DNA of 64,000 nt from Craspedostauros australis (GCA_030167865.1 JALAGF010004837.1:124001-188000), one strand, 5' to 3'. Numbered from the stretch's first letter, positions 43,610-57,966 are shown. Notes: a model not told the origin generated them from the letters alone. Translations and numbers: made by a program.

Positions 43610-46600
43610 ATGAAACTCTCATTCGCAGCATTCCTGCTGAGTATCTCTGCCGTGCCCCGATCCTCCGAGGCGCTTAGCAGCAGCTCCTACCTTGACAACT
43701 TGTCATCGTTCCAGCAACCATTCTTCGCTCGTCAGAACCCGTCCCCCGAGCCACAGCAGGCAGATGTGGCCAATTCGAACGCAGATATCTTCGGCGGCAA
43801 CTGGGAATCAACACCAGATGCAAAGGCAAATGGAGATGACGGTGGCGACAGCAACGGCTTTGACGCATTCTTTGCCAACTTCGGCTCCAACGGATCTGCC
43901 AACGGGGCCGAGACCGCCCATCATGTCAACGCAGCCGATGGTGGTAGCGGATTCGCGGAGAGCATGACATCTGTTGCAGCAGAACCGGCTTCACCTGTGC
44001 CAATAGCAACAGCGACAACCTACGAGTACAGCGCCACAGACTCCACCGATTCGACCATCGATGACCAATTCTTCGCGCAAGCATCTACGGATGGACAAGC
44101 ACCTGGTTTCAATGAAATGAACGGCATCATCAACATGGACGGTGTGAGTGGCGAAGTCACACCAGAGGTGGCAACTGCGCAGGACCTCTCCCATATGTCC
44201 AACCAGGAGCGGATCGAGACCATGCAACAAGCCGCGAGGGCGGCTGCTGCTGCAGCGGCGGTGGCTACCGATGCGTCTTTCACCCACGTGCAGCCATTTC
44301 CTCCAGTCAACGGCGATGCCGTTGCACCAGTGAATGGATTTTCCGATGCCGAATTGACACCGGCGGCGGAGTTGACGTCAGGCGTGGCTGCTTCCGCTGC
44401 TGTTGAAGCTCCTTCTTCATGGACTGCAACACCAGCGCCAACAGTCGCAACAGAGACGGCAACAGAAATGACAACAGAGGAGGTGGAGAGCTCTCCGAGG
44501 TCATACAGAGCACCCTACGGCTGGGCTCAGACCGTTGAGAACAGGCCACAGTACCCGGTCCAGAACATCCCGAACACCATCGACACGGCAGCCTCCACGA
44601 GCGCGACACGATCGGTCACGGAAGATAGTCGAGGTGGGAGTTCGAGCAACACGCAATTCAGAAAGACGTACACGACCACCAAGTGGAATCCGGGATCGGT
44701 GAGATCCAAGATGAAGGAAGCTGCTGCTGCAGCAGCCGCAGCTGGGAATTCAGCGATGCAAGGCAATGAACCCGAATTGCGTTCGTCCACCAAGACCTCC
44801 GAGCACCCCGGCGTGAACCAGATGGCGGGTTACCTGGGCAACTGGAAGGCCAAGTTCCAGAAGGAAGCCGCCAAGCGAGCCCAGACGAAGAACCAAGTCG
44901 AGGATTCCATCGCATACAGGATGTCCAAGGAGAATGCCAACAGTGTCACTACGGACGGAGGCCCCACCAGTGAAGAAAGCGCCACCGACACAATTGTCGT
45001 CAACGGAACTCCTCCGAACGACAACAAGAGCCCCGATGAGGATGAAGATGACGGCAGCAGCAGCAAGAGCAGCGGCACCAATGGCGATGCGTCCTCCGTG
45101 CAAAACGAGGGACCAACATTGACGGAACGCATGCTCCTCAAGGTACCAACCCAGAATCAGGTAGGCGGTGCAGGAGGCGTGTCCACGCTCGATGCTTTCC
45201 GCCGAGCCGAAGCCAATTGGGCCAAGCTCAAGGCATCGAAACCATTCACGTATGATTCCAAGTTGCTTCGCTGGGAGCAGAATGGTAAGCCACCGGCCAC
45301 GCAATTCGTTTCGTCCGATGGTGCATTCGGCAATCCCATGTGCTGGAAGAAGCTGAGCGAGCAAAAGGGCAAGGAGTTGGATTTTGACGTCGTCGTGTGC
45401 GGTGGCACATTGGGCATCTTCTTCGCCATGATGCTGCTGCAGCAAGGGCACAGGGTCTGTGTGCTGGAGGCCGGCAAGCTCCGCGGACGTGAGCAGGAGT
45501 GGAACATCAGCATGGATGAGTTGGAGGAGCTCAAACAGTTGGGCATCCTCACTCAGGAGGATATCGACGCGGTGATCACGACTGAGTTTCCGGCATGCCG
45601 ATCCGGCTTCAAAACAGAGGAGGTTACGCCGCTTGCAGGCGGGTACTTCGACAACGGGGTCGGATACGAATGCGAGACACCCGGTGTGCTGAACCTGGGC
45701 ATCTCTCCATCCACCTTGCTGAACATCGTCTCGGAGCGTTTCAAGGCCGGCGGTGGCGTCATCCGAGAGCAATCTCGTTTGAAGGGCGTGTGCGTGTCTC
45801 CTTTGGCAGGCACTGCTCTGGATCTGGGCGAGGAGAAGGAGCCAATCACAAGCCGTTTGGTCCTGGACGCCATGGGCAACGCCTCGCCAATCTCTGCCCA
45901 ACAACGCTACGGGATGAAACCTGACGGCATTTGTGCAGTCGTCGGGTCATGCGCTGGCGGATACGATCCAGAGACCAACAAGATCGGGGACATCATCTAC
46001 ACCAACCAGAACATCGTTCGCACCACGGATGATTCCTGCAATCAGTACTTCTGGGAGGCGTTCCCCGTCGGTATCGGCCGTAACGGAAAGACGAAGAGCG
46101 ATGTGAAGACGACGTACATGTTCACGTACATGGATGCCGACGAGAGCCGTCCGTCGTTGGAGACCTTGATGGAGGACTACTGGAGACTTCTGCCAACCTA
46201 CCAGCCCTCCATCAACGATCCGGAGACCGACCTCGACATCAAGAGAATACTCTTCGCCTTCTTCCCGACCTACCGGGACTCCCCGTTGCAACCTGAGTGG
46301 AGCCGCGTGTTGGCCGTGGGTGATTCATCGGGCATCCAAAGCCCTCTGAGCTTCGGCGGATTCGGTGCGCTCACCAGGCATCTCGACCGTGTGGGGGCCG
46401 CGCTGGACGAAGCGCTCACCAATGACTGCCTCCACAAGGATGAACTCGGCCAAATCAACGCCTACATGCCAAATCTGAGCGTCACGTGGATGTTCCAAAA
46501 GGCCATGTCCGTCAGGGCCGGACAGACCAACGTGCGTCCCGAATTCATCAACCGCCTCCTTGCTACCAACTTCAAGGAGATGGATGAGATGGGCCAGCGC

Positions 46601-47221
46601 ACAATCAAACCGTTCCTGCAGGATGTCGTTCGTTTCGATGGTCTGGTTGGGAGCCTCGCCAAGAGCTTCGTTGCAGATCCCACATTCATGCCAGAGATCG
46701 TCGCGACTGTTGGATTGCCGACTTTGGCCGATTGGCTTGGTCACTTATCGATGGTACGTTTGCAATCTGCGATTCTCGATTTTCCATTCGCTCTGCGTTG
46801 CGTTGCTTTGCTGTGTGAAGTTTCGAATGTGCGCACGAGCTTGCTGATGTGATGCTCAACCAGATGTGCCGTGTCTTGTTGAGAGTGTCCGCTCATTCAC
46901 TCATGTTTACGCACGTTCACTCGTTGGTCCACATGCGTCTCATCTCTTTGATTCCGACCCTGCTGGACTCTTTCGCGCGCTCTTTGTCGCTGATGCTCAC
47001 TCGTGAAATAATGATGACGACGACGATGACAACAGATGGGGGCATACACAGTGCTGGACAGCACAGTTCCACCACTCCTCACACCATACGTAAACAAGGT
47101 CATGACGGACCCTCGACAGAAGTTCACCTGGCGCAGACGCATGGATGCATGGAAGTTCGGCTCGGGAATGGATTACGAGCTCCCCAAGAGCAACAACAAG
47201 ATCTACGAGAAGGAAGAATAG
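43610..47221 (+). CDS. CruP/CruA-family lycopene-cyclase-like FAD oxidoreductase with about 500-aa disordered N-terminal extension, plastid-targeted, 2 exons
   Basis: Exons 43610-46753 and 47036-47221. Motifs FDVVVCGGTLG, LRGREQEWNIS, DAMGNASPI, YFWEAFP, VGDSSGIQSPLSFGGFG and WKFGSGMDY. Signal peptide ...RSSEA-L. Confidence 0.82.
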
Positions 47222-47630
47222 ACAGCTCTGGTGTGGTAGAATGGCCGTGGCGGCGCCAGATATCACTGCTCTATCTCCATCTCCGTGTGAATGAAAGGCC
47301 AAGCAGATCTTGCTAACCTGACAACGACTTGTCCGCTATGGACATTCCAAGTTACTGCTTTGAAGCAAATCCGAGACAAGGGAAGCCGCATCTTCTGGCG
47401 GCAGAATACACGTCGACAAGGACGCACGCAATACTGTCAATGCATCGATTTGCTCTCTAGACAATACTCTATCTTCACGTCTTTTGCTCTGTTTCAGTCA
47501 CGGCATTAATCAGAGTGCGATACCAAAGGAGAGTTGGTATCCACACAACAGCGTTGAAGCACACTCGCGAGTATTGGTACGAGTACGTACGTAGGTCTCT
47601 GGAGAGAGAGAGAATAACAATACCCCTATT

Positions 47631-50521
47631 CTACTTTGTTGGCAGCGGAAACTGCTCAGCTCCCCATCCGGGGCACACAGAGGACAGAACCTGAGAATTC
47701 TCATCCACCCATCGGATGAGCTTGACCACTTGCTCTGGTGTCAGAATCTCTTGGCACTTCTTCATGCGATCATGGAACAATCTCGTCTTTTGTGCACATA
47801 GACCACGGAGATTCGCCAGTAGCTGCAAGCACTCTTTCAGGTTCTCGCAAACGCTTCGAATCTTTTCTCTTTGAAACAGGATCTTCTTCCCTTGCTGCGG
47901 GGTGATTTCGAGTTCCTGCTGCAAAATGCCTGCGATTGGATTGTGCTTGGGATTCGGGTTACCTTGCGCTAACGTCCAAAGACCCATCTTGGTGAAGTTT
48001 GTGGGGTTGACAAGTCTGGTGGGGTGCGGATTATATGTTTGTGATCGATCCGAGACGGTGGAAAGCGAAGAATTGCGGCAACGGCAACAACAAAAACGGC
48101 CATGAGAAATATGCAGAGCACCCGTAGAATGGCTGGAGTACAGCACGAGGTTCCATGCAGAGAGTGGAATCCACAATTCTTGATCTGCCGAACACGCAAT
48201 CTGCATGATGTTTCTGTGCGTTCCTCATACTCTTGCTCATGTCCATGCTCTTGTACTCACCGTTGTAGCTGCTCGAGATGGAAATTGAGTTCTCGTTGTC
48301 TCCGACGGCCGTAATCCGAGTACATCTCCGAGAAATCTTGCACTCCTCTTTGCATCTCAGATATCGTTGCGCCATTCTCCAGGTACGCCTTGATGCGTTG
48401 ACTGGCGGCACTTTTCTCCTTGTCAAACTTGACCACCTTGTTGGAGATGTGATCCAAGTGACGTTTCAAGAGCTCATTCTCGGCCTGCAACTCTGCCAAC
48501 TTCGATTCGCAGTCCGACAAAGTTGGTTTCTTCCTACGTTTGCTATACACCATCTTGGACGAACCGGCTGCTCCGCTGTGCACTTTTGCATCATTGTCGA
48601 AACTTGGTGGCAGATCACGCTTGCGTGATGACACTGCCTCGATGGCTGCCTCGGCAGTCTTTCGCACTTCTTCCACAACCGGAATGAGTTTGGGAGTTGG
48701 TGGCATTGTGTTGTGGGCAGCACTGACATCAGCTGGGGCGGACCCAGATGCACTCGTGTCGATGTCCATGTCCATTTGTTGACTTGCGATGTTGCTGGAC
48801 TGCATGCGAATTTGCGGTAATGTTTGGATCGATGGAGCCGAGGATATCTGTGGCGAAATCAACGCAGATGTTACTGCTGCCGTTGCCGATGTTGGCATTG
48901 CGGTTGCAGCGAAAGTTGGTTGCAATTGTGTTTGGGGTGGGTTCGTTTGCGTTTGCGTTGGTGGTGAGCTTGTCGTTGTCGTTGACCCTGCAGCATTGAC
49001 GGTATGAAATGCGGACAATGGCACCACGCTTGCATTGGTGCTTGCATTGGGCGCTTGATTTGCGGTTGCCTGTGGAACAGGACTTTGCGTGCTGCTGCTA
49101 CTGCTGGTGGTGGTAACAGGTACATCCCCATCGAGGTTTGCAGTGGCAGTGAGATTCCGGAGTGTGTCCTTTGTAAGTTCAATTCCCAGTCTGGAAGCTA
49201 GCGTCGCAAACTGTTGCACGAGCTGTTCCGCCTTTCCGTTCGAAGGGGCTGGTGCAGGTGCAGGCACAGGTGCGGTCTGAGGTTGTTGTGCGATGGGGGC
49301 TTGGTTTATGCCGACAGCCTGGTGCAAGGGATGGAAATGCTGCTGCTGTGGATGATGGATATGGCTCTGCGACTGTAGCTGCGCTTGATGCTGCTGGATT
49401 GGGATGCTCGAATGTGAGTGCTGCGGGTGCTGAGTGTAATGGGGCTGCTGCATGCCAGGAACTTGTGGTTGCAGTGTCTGCGCTGGTGCTGGCGCCTGTG
49501 CGTGGGACGTCGTTGTCATAAGTTGCGGTGCAGAAGGCGGAATCGACGATGCGAGCGACACCATAGTCGGTGCAGCTGCAGCTGTTGCGGATGGAGACAA
49601 GTGCGGCTGGTGCGGCTGGTCCAATGGTGGAGCAGTAGCATGCATCGAAGGTGCTGGAGCAATATGGGCCAACGGTGGACGGGGCTGGATTGGGATATGA
49701 TGCGCTGATCGGGGCATGATCGATGCATGACCAAGAGGTGCGGTTGGTGGATGGTTGGCAACCGCAACAGGTGCTGCAGCAGTGGTAGTCGCAGTCGCGA
49801 TCGTTGGCACAGCTGTTCCCGGCGCTGTTTGCTGTGCAGAAGTTGGGAGGACTTGCACCTGCTGTGGCACTTGCTGTGGCAGATGCTGTGGCAGATGCTG
49901 TTGCTGAGGTGGAACGTACTGCTGCGCGGGTGTCCATTGCGTGTTGACGTGAGTACTGGTGTTCTGCACGCCGTGTGGTGTTGGTTGCATCTGTTGCTGC
50001 AAGTGTGGATGCGGTTGCGATGGAGCATATGCTTGGACTTGTGGCAAGGGTTGCTGAGATGAAGATGAAGATGGCGCGGGCGGTGGGCATACTGGAGTGG
50101 CAGAAGCAACTGTGACGACTGGAGCGGGCACAGCAGCCACAGCCGCCACGCCTGGTCGGTAGACCTTGGATGGTGCCATGGGTGACTCTGACACGCCAAA
50201 GTCACGCAAGAGCGCTTTCTCCGCGACGTCCTTTGAGTCCTCGAGACGCGTAGGCGTGATCTCCATTGGACCAGACTGCGGTGCAGGAACAGGCACAGGG
50301 ACTGCTTCCAGGAAGTTGGTGTAGCCGTGGTGCGAAGAATCCATCATGACCATCTCATCCATGAAGAGGCTCTCCAGAAGAGCATGGTCCAGCGACGATG
50401 GCTCCACCGCCAGCGCCCCACCATCCACATTGTTTGCAGGAGCGGCAGCGGCAGTGCCGTTCATGTCTGTCGCAACGCCTCCCGCAGACATGCCATCAAT
50501 CGGGCCGTTGTTGCTCGCCAT
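47631..50521 (-). CDS. bZIP-like transcription factor with P/Q-rich N-terminus and DOG1/TGA-like helical C-terminal domain, 2 exons
   Basis: Exons 50521-48261 and 48015-47631, joined CG|A. Basic-zipper segment SKRRKK...LSDCESKLAELQAENELLKRHL and C-terminal ILTPEQVVKLIRWV. Confidence 0.65.
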
Positions 50522-51884
50522 TGTTGGTCTGGTCTGTCTGTTCGTCTTCTCCGTTGCTACTTTCGCTCCGCTTGTTTGTGTGTGCTTGGAATATGGTGTC
50601 CACACGGTGTCCACACGGTGTGGTACGGCACGTATTGTGGTGCTTGCGATGGTCGATCAGGAGAGCGGTGGGATGCGTTTGGTTTATTCCGCGCCAAACA
50701 CGTCTCCTCTCCTCGAAGGTATTCTATTGTACGAGTTATCCCTTGCTCTGTTTGTGCTCTTGTCTTTCACAAGAGTCTTTCGATGGTGTGTGAAGGTTTT
50801 CTGTACTATTCTATAATGCTATACTCTCCTGTGCTCTGCACTGCACTCCGCTCTGTGAGTACGAGTATGTCAATCTCTCCTTGCCTCTCTTTGGGTGTTT
50901 GGCTCCACTTCAAACCTGCCTTTTGGTTTCTTCGTTGATCCATCAGTCCGCAATTCAGATTCAAGGTCCCTGACACGTAGATCGTACCCAGACGCTACTC
51001 GTGGGTGCAAACAATTCCACAAACAACCATCCACTCCACGCCTTCCCTCCCACTGTCTCTGCTCTCCTGGCGTCGTTCTCTGCGCGTTGTCAGAGGAGTG
51101 ATTGATTGATGGACGGATGTTGGTGTTGATGTTTGTGTGTCAACGAGAAGGAAGCGACAGGGTTTCGTCCTAGTCAATTGTGTTCAGTCGTATGAGTCGA
51201 AGTCAGCAACCACGACCACGAGGAACCAGCCAACCAAAGACGAGGAAACGAGTGGGTTGGTCACCGCCTCGTAACAGCCAACGTGGATCAGAACTTGTTT
51301 GCGTTCTCTTCATCTGAAGTGAAATTGGCGCAATCGTCGCATTTGCATCTCCCAATCTCAGAACTTTGGCAGATGAGGAGGTCGGGACGTTGTGGTTGTG
51401 GTTGTGGTGGTGGTTGTGGTTGCCCAAACCCAACGTCACCAGAACTGCAAGGAAACAGAAGGAGGATGCAGAATCCAGAATCCACCACGCATCTCTCGGC
51501 ACCCATCATACAACTACAAACGGACTTGGACCATAATAGTACGACAGATCGTACGAGCACAAATACAATCGCAATACGAGGAGAAGCTTCGAAGATCAGC
51601 AGCATTGCTCAGCCTGACTCGCCTTCTGTGCACACTCCATCCGTGCACACGCACATCCATCGGAATACTGTCCAAGCGCTGCAGAGAGTAGTCGTACAGA
51701 ATACTTACTACGGGCAATACGTAGTATACACTCCATTCGAAGATCGGACTGCTCAACCAATTGCAACAGCATCGACAAAGGGGAGACTCAGACGGAATTC
51801 AGACGCCGATTCAGACGAAGTGGAGGGTTCGCTGTGAGAAGTAGGGTAGAGGCGGAGCTGGTGCCTGGAGATCATCGTTCAACG

Positions 51885-53675
51885 ATGGGGGCTGGCCAGA
51901 GCCGAAGGCAGAGTGGCCCCGGAACCTTCATGATCGGCCAAGGCTATGCAGACAACGGGGATGACGATGATGACGATCGTCCCGAGGACTGCCGACCGTG
52001 CTTTCTCTTCGATGTGTCGGCTGCACGGTTTTCGGGACGCAGGCAGTACGATGATCCGATGGGATCGCCCTTTCCGGAAACACCGTTGCACGAACGGCAG
52101 CGCAATGCCTACAGGAGAAAGTATCCTAATGGCGGCATCGATGGCAGCAACCACTCCTTGAGATACGCTGGTCTGGAGGGAGAAGATGCTCAGTCTCATT
52201 CCAACGGCATCCGGTTTCCAACTGCTGGCATGCATGAAGGCAAGGTGGGTTCGTATTGTATTGTATTACATTACATTACATTGGATGGCCAACAAGGATA
52301 CTCCGCATGCTTGGGCGATAAAGCACAATCTTGTTTCTATTTGAAATTGCACTCTACGCTTGGAGAGTACTCGGAGAGTATTTGGAACTCTGCTAGCAGA
52401 GAGGGTGGATTGAGACACTTGTCAATGCAATGGGCGTAATGAACATCTCTGTGCATGCGTCTCCCACACTCGCGCACACCACACGCAAACTCACAAATGC
52501 ATGCACGCGGCGAACGCTACACTACAACATAATGGAATGCAATGCAATGTATGGCTCCATGGCAAAATTCTGCTTCACCTCATACCATATCCACGTACCA
52601 TACCCACGTATCATACCACACGACACCGCAATCCAACCGATCTCATCGTGTGGCACAGAATGCGGAAAGCGCGTTGCAGCAAAAATACCAGCTGATGGAG
52701 GTGCTGGGAGTTGGTTCAACGTCCACATGCTATCGATGCGTGGAAAAGGCGACAGGCATCACCCACGCGTGCAAGGTTATTGACAAGCGGCTCATCGAGG
52801 ATAGGTTCAAGGGCATGATAGGCCAGTTCCGCACCGAGATCGAGGCACTGCGGTCTCTGCACCACCCCAACATCATCCGCCTCATGGATGTATACAGCAG
52901 CGACGAAAAGATATTCATCGTCATGGAACTCATGGAGGGTGGGGAATTGTTTGATTACGTGGTGCAGAAAGGGACGCTCACGGAAGAAGAGGCATCGAGG
53001 ATCGTCAAGAAGGTCACGAGCGCGCTGGTGTACATGCACTCCAAAAACATCGTGCACAGGGATCTCAAGCCAGAAAACCTGCTTCTCAAGAAGGTGCCGC
53101 GAACGAGCAACGACGAGGTCGACGTCAAGATTATCGATTTTGGCCTTAGCAAGAACATGGATGAGCCTGTCACGGGGAGCTTCTTGGGTACGAGGGGATA
53201 CTTGGCGCCGGAGATGCTGCAGCGCCGTGAATACACAAGGGCGGTCGATACGTGGGCTCTTGGAGTTATCGTGTTTGTGTTGCTGTGCGGTTGCCTCCCA
53301 TTCGACGATGATTCGCAGACGGTGCCCAGCGACGATCTGGTGCGGTCGAAGTTCGTCCTGAGGTTTCCGCAATGGGCGAGGAATCTGTCACCATCCGCGA
53401 AGGACTTGCTGCACCATCTCCTGGACATCAATCCTGCCACGCGGTACACGGCAGAGCAGGCGCTGTCGCATCCCTGGGTGACCGGCAAGAATGCGTCAAA
53501 GGTCAGCATGCTGGCATCGCCGGGTCGCATCAAGAAGAGTCCGGTGCTTCGCAAGCGGAACCCGCAGGGTGGCAGAGTCACCAACAATCATCATCGCGCG
53601 CAGTATCAGACCCGCGGCACCGCATCGGCAGCCGGTGCCCCAACACGCGTCTTGGTTCGAAAAACGAGCATCTGA
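51885..53675 (+). CDS. Ser/Thr protein kinase, CAMK group, N-myristoylation motif, 2 exons
   Basis: Exons 51885-52244 (MGAGQS...) and 52659-53675. Motifs LGVGSTS, ACKVIDK, HPNII, HRDLKPENLL, DFG, YLAPE, DTWALGV and HPWV. Confidence 0.92.
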
Positions 53676-54934
53676 GCTCACACGGGCGCAGAGGCGACGC
53701 AGAGGCAGAGACAGAGATGGAGAAAAAGAGAGCCGACAAACACCAACCAATCTTGTGCATATGCCTCGTGCGTCAAATGTACCATACCATACCATGTAAG
53801 TGCATGTGGCTTAGTGTGAGTAGAGTCTGTAGAGATAGAGTACCTTGCAACTACTATCGTCGTCGCAATACAATATCTAGGTTTAAATAATAGCCTTACG
53901 GCATACGGCGACGTCATAGTACTGCAATAGTTTCCAATGGTCGAAGGGATCAACTGGGTACCGGATTCTTCTTTGTGATTGGGGATGAGCGAAACAAGGT
54001 TGTGTTCGCCAGCTGGTTGACATTGGTGAGGCGTGTCACATGAATGTCGCACTGCAATCAACCATCAATTCTTCCGACATGGGTGCGATTGGAGGCAATT
54101 ATGACACGCAAGGCAGTTAGTGATTGGGAGGTGAAGGAAGACAATCAGGCGCTGGCCATCTGTTGTTGGGTTTTGATGTCTGAGACATCAAGGCCACCAA
54201 ATGAGGAACATCGAAACGTTTTCGATGTCCTGTGGCACCCATCAACCTGCTGCGCCTACTCCAACAGACACAGGAAGGCAGGGAGAGGAAGAAACCTCTG
54301 CTCTGGCCATTCGTGGCCGCGCCACACTCGGGCCCACACTCCGAACCTTCCTCGCCCAAACGCGCGTTGTCCTCAGTGCCGGATCCGCACTCTCGCACGA
54401 GGTATCCGTACGGGTAGCTCGTACGGGCCATGTTGCAGTTCCAACCAAAGAAACAAAGCAAATGTCAACGACGCAGAGCGAAGTGACAACTGAACAGCAG
54501 ACAGAGGTTGTGATAAAAGCCGAGGCTGCGCAGCTGCGTGTGGTGTCTTTCGCGGAACAAGAGCAGAAGGTAACCTGGCAAGCTGGTGCGCTGCGCCACA
54601 CATACTCGTACGCGTACGACTGCTCGCGTGCCATCGTTGCTCGTACTCGCAGAAGCGATCAACACGCCGTGGGAGGTGAGACAGGAACAAAGTGGGTACG
54701 CAGACCCAATCCATCAAGGGAGCCCCCTCAGACACCCTCCGCGCAAAAGCGAAGAAGAAAACGAGAAAGAACACAACAAGGTGCGTAAGTGCGCGAGAGA
54801 AGAGACAAAGCAGAAAATCCACAGAAGCAAAACCATCACTGCCATCAGCTGCCACAATTCCTACGAACAAGTAGCACGCAGCAGGCACCAGACGACGAAC
54901 ACCAAACACTCACAAATCCAAAGCATCAGCGCGC

Positions 54935-56989
54935 ATGACCAAAGATCATCTTACCGAATCCAACCCAACCCGAGCCATCATCCCAATCCACAAAGCCGAC
55001 GCACCCGAGATCAAGATCCAAATCAAGATGAGCCCAACCACACAGCCCCCTCAACGACAAGGCCAGCGCAGTCCGCGCACTCCAAGAGGCCAATCGCGGG
55101 GATATCGTGGGGCGAACGCAAATGCGTCTGCTCCAGGCAATGGCGCGCGCGAGAAGCACTACGTCCAGCACAACTACCACGACCACTCCCGCGATCCCGT
55201 CCATCACGAGGCTCCAGCCGCCGTCGCAAACAAAGGCGCAGCCAAGCGACGAAAGGGACACCGTGGTGGTGTGGCCGTCCCATTCCCCGAGAAGCTTCAC
55301 TTCATGCTCGGTTGCATTGATGGTGAAGGGATGAGCAGCATCGTCAGGTGGCAACCCCACGGACGCTGCTTCATGGTACACAAGCCGAAGGAGTTTCTGG
55401 AACAAGTGATGCCCAAGTAAGTTCACTGTCGCGACCTGCGATCTCTCTTGGCTTTCTTCTCCCGCCGATCTTGCGTTGGTGTTGCGTTGATCCCTCGCCT
55501 ACACTTGCACCTGATGTCGCTGGTTCGAACACCAATGAGTTCCACCAAGGTGACACACAACAACGCCCAACTCACCATCTATCTTCGCTTCGATGTGTAT
55601 CTTTTTCGCCGCGACTGCGACCACCAATTGCCACCATCATCTCCAACATCAACACCATCACCAACACCATCACCAACACGACCTCCAGATACTTCCGACA
55701 AAGCAAGCTCACCAGCTTCCAACGCCAACTCAACCTTTACGGGTTTTCGAGACTCACAACCGGTCCAGATCGAGGAGGGTAAGTTCGCACAGGTCGCGTT
55801 CTCCATGCTCCGAAAAGCACATCTCATCGCATGATGCAATGCTCGTGCACCAAAAGATGCTTTTGTCAAACTGCCCTGGGATGTGCTCTTTCACATCCAA
55901 TTGATCACATCGTTGTTAACTCGCATTGCAGGCTCCTCGTGGCGTGCAGCAGCTCACATTCACAGCAGCAGCAGAGCGCATCAAACCCTCCTCTCACACC
56001 TTGCACGGCACCAACACACCACCAACACAATTGCATTCCTTTCTGCTCCATTCGTACACTGCACAGGTACTACCATGAACTCTTCATCCGAGGCAGAATG
56101 GATCTCTGCAAGCGCATGGTGAGGACACGAGTCAAGGTACGTCAATAGAACAGCAACCATCGTGATCACGTCGTCGGCTCCTGCCTCTCTCGGCACACCT
56201 GTTGTCCATTGCGCTTGTCAAGAGACATGTGCAGAGTATCGAAATGTGATGTGCTCAAAGACTCTGGAGAGTAGTGTCTCTATGCGTTTGCTTGCCCATG
56301 TCGACAAGGCGATGATCTTTGCCAGATTGAATTCACTCACTCACTTACCTCATCACTCATCTTTCTTTCAATGACCTTCCACAACAACCTCCATAACCAA
56401 TCACAACCAACCACAGGGCAACGGGTGCAAGGCAGCATCGTCTCCACAAACGGAGCCTGACTTCTACAAGATGGAACCATGCCAGGAGCAAGAGGGGGGC
56501 CAGGTCCTGGACGTCTCCCGGTATCTCGACATCACATCGGACCTGAAGACATGCCCAACCACACCAACATTCCACCAAGGCTTGATCACGGCACCGCCGA
56601 AGCCCTTCGGCGAAGAGCAGTTCCGCCACGAAGTCGTTTCGGCATCAGACGAGTCCGAGAGCGACCGCAACAAGCTCATGAGGGCACGATCTGACAGCAT
56701 CAGCAGCTCAGTCGTTCCAACAAGAAGTTCGTTGGTCCACGTGGTCTCACCGACCAACGTGTCACGCCCATGCATCTTGACAACGGCGGGGTCCTCTTCA
56801 GGCGATTTCCCCATGATCTCCATCCCGGCAGAGATCAGCTTTACGGGCGGCCATGGATACTTCGACGATGGGGCACATTCAGGAGACAAGATCTTCTTCG
56901 AAGGTCTCCCATTCCACTACCTCGAATCGAACGACATCGGCAACAGCCCTGGAATGGACGAGGTCCCAGTGCAACAGGCCTACGTATGA
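54935..56989 (+). CDS. Heat shock transcription factor (HSF DNA-binding domain), 4 exons
   Basis: Exons 54935-55416, 55689-55778, 56067-56136 and 56417-56989. Spliced DBD reads PFPEKLH.ML...IVRWQPHGRCF.VH...VMPK|YFRQSKLTSFQRQLNLYGF...GG|YYHELFIRG...RTRVK|GNG...EPDFY. Confidence 0.93.
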
Positions 56990-57966
56990 TTCACATGATC
57001 TCCATTATCCCAGCCATCCGATCGGCAAGACGGGTGGCAAGTGCAGCTCTATTGCTGCATTTGTCTCGCTACCGCTGCATTTTGTTCCATTAGGGTAGCT
57101 TAGCTTTTTCCATGATACCATTACGTACATTTACAACAACAAGTATAATACCAACATCTACATGCCACACATATCGTGCTACCAAAGGTAAGATTATATA
57201 GTCTAGGAGTATTACCGAAAATGGGAACATTTTGCGGGACGTGGTCGTACGATCGTGGGATAGCTCATCAGCATCTGCAATCACATGGGCAGCTGCCCAG
57301 AGAAGGGGCAGGGGAGCAGAATGCGTTCCATTCGTGCCGTGTGGGCCCTTCGCCGAGATTGTTCCTCTCCTCGGGTTACGACCGCGGTGGAATTGCGAAC
57401 ATGGATGACATCATGTTTCCCATCACTTTGCATTGAAGAATCTAATTGCAGAAGCCGCAGAACGAAGGCCTATCTCCTGGTGCCGTCTCCTGGAGATTTT
57501 TCTCTTCTGACGACGTAAAAACGCGCTTCAACGAGCTCCGGTTGGATGGCGTTGCGAACACCAGCCTCTTGGTAGACAAGTGCACAAGACACAAGTACGG
57601 GCATGTCGTGCATGGCAAGGTAGGTAGGTCAAGTGGTACGTCATAGATCGCGAAGACGGTGGGTCCATGATCATCATACGTGGCGCGCCTGGTCATCAAG
57701 AGTTGCGACAGCAACCTGGCTACACCGCACATGGAGGAGCCAGGTCGGAACTTTCGGTGCTGACGTGAACGTCAAGCTACTGATCTCGTTTGCCATGCCT
57801 CTCTCTCTGCTGATCCAAGATTGACTTGATGGGATATGCTGCTTCTCTTTCCCCTTTCGCTCTTGTCTTGCCCTGCAGTCCCCAATTGTGATGCTCCCAT
57901 TGCGCTTCATACTAGCCGGTCGACGTGAGCGCTGTTGGCGTGACGTATAGAGACCATGGCTGCAGC

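Noticed and set aside
54935-56989. HSF without an obvious HR-A/B oligomerisation coil
   Set aside because: This is common in the expanded diatom HSF family and is not distinctive.
57100-57960. Short ORFs between HSF and the tRNA endonuclease gene
   Set aside because: No recognisable domains. Probably convergent 3' UTRs, although an extra endonuclease exon cannot be excluded.
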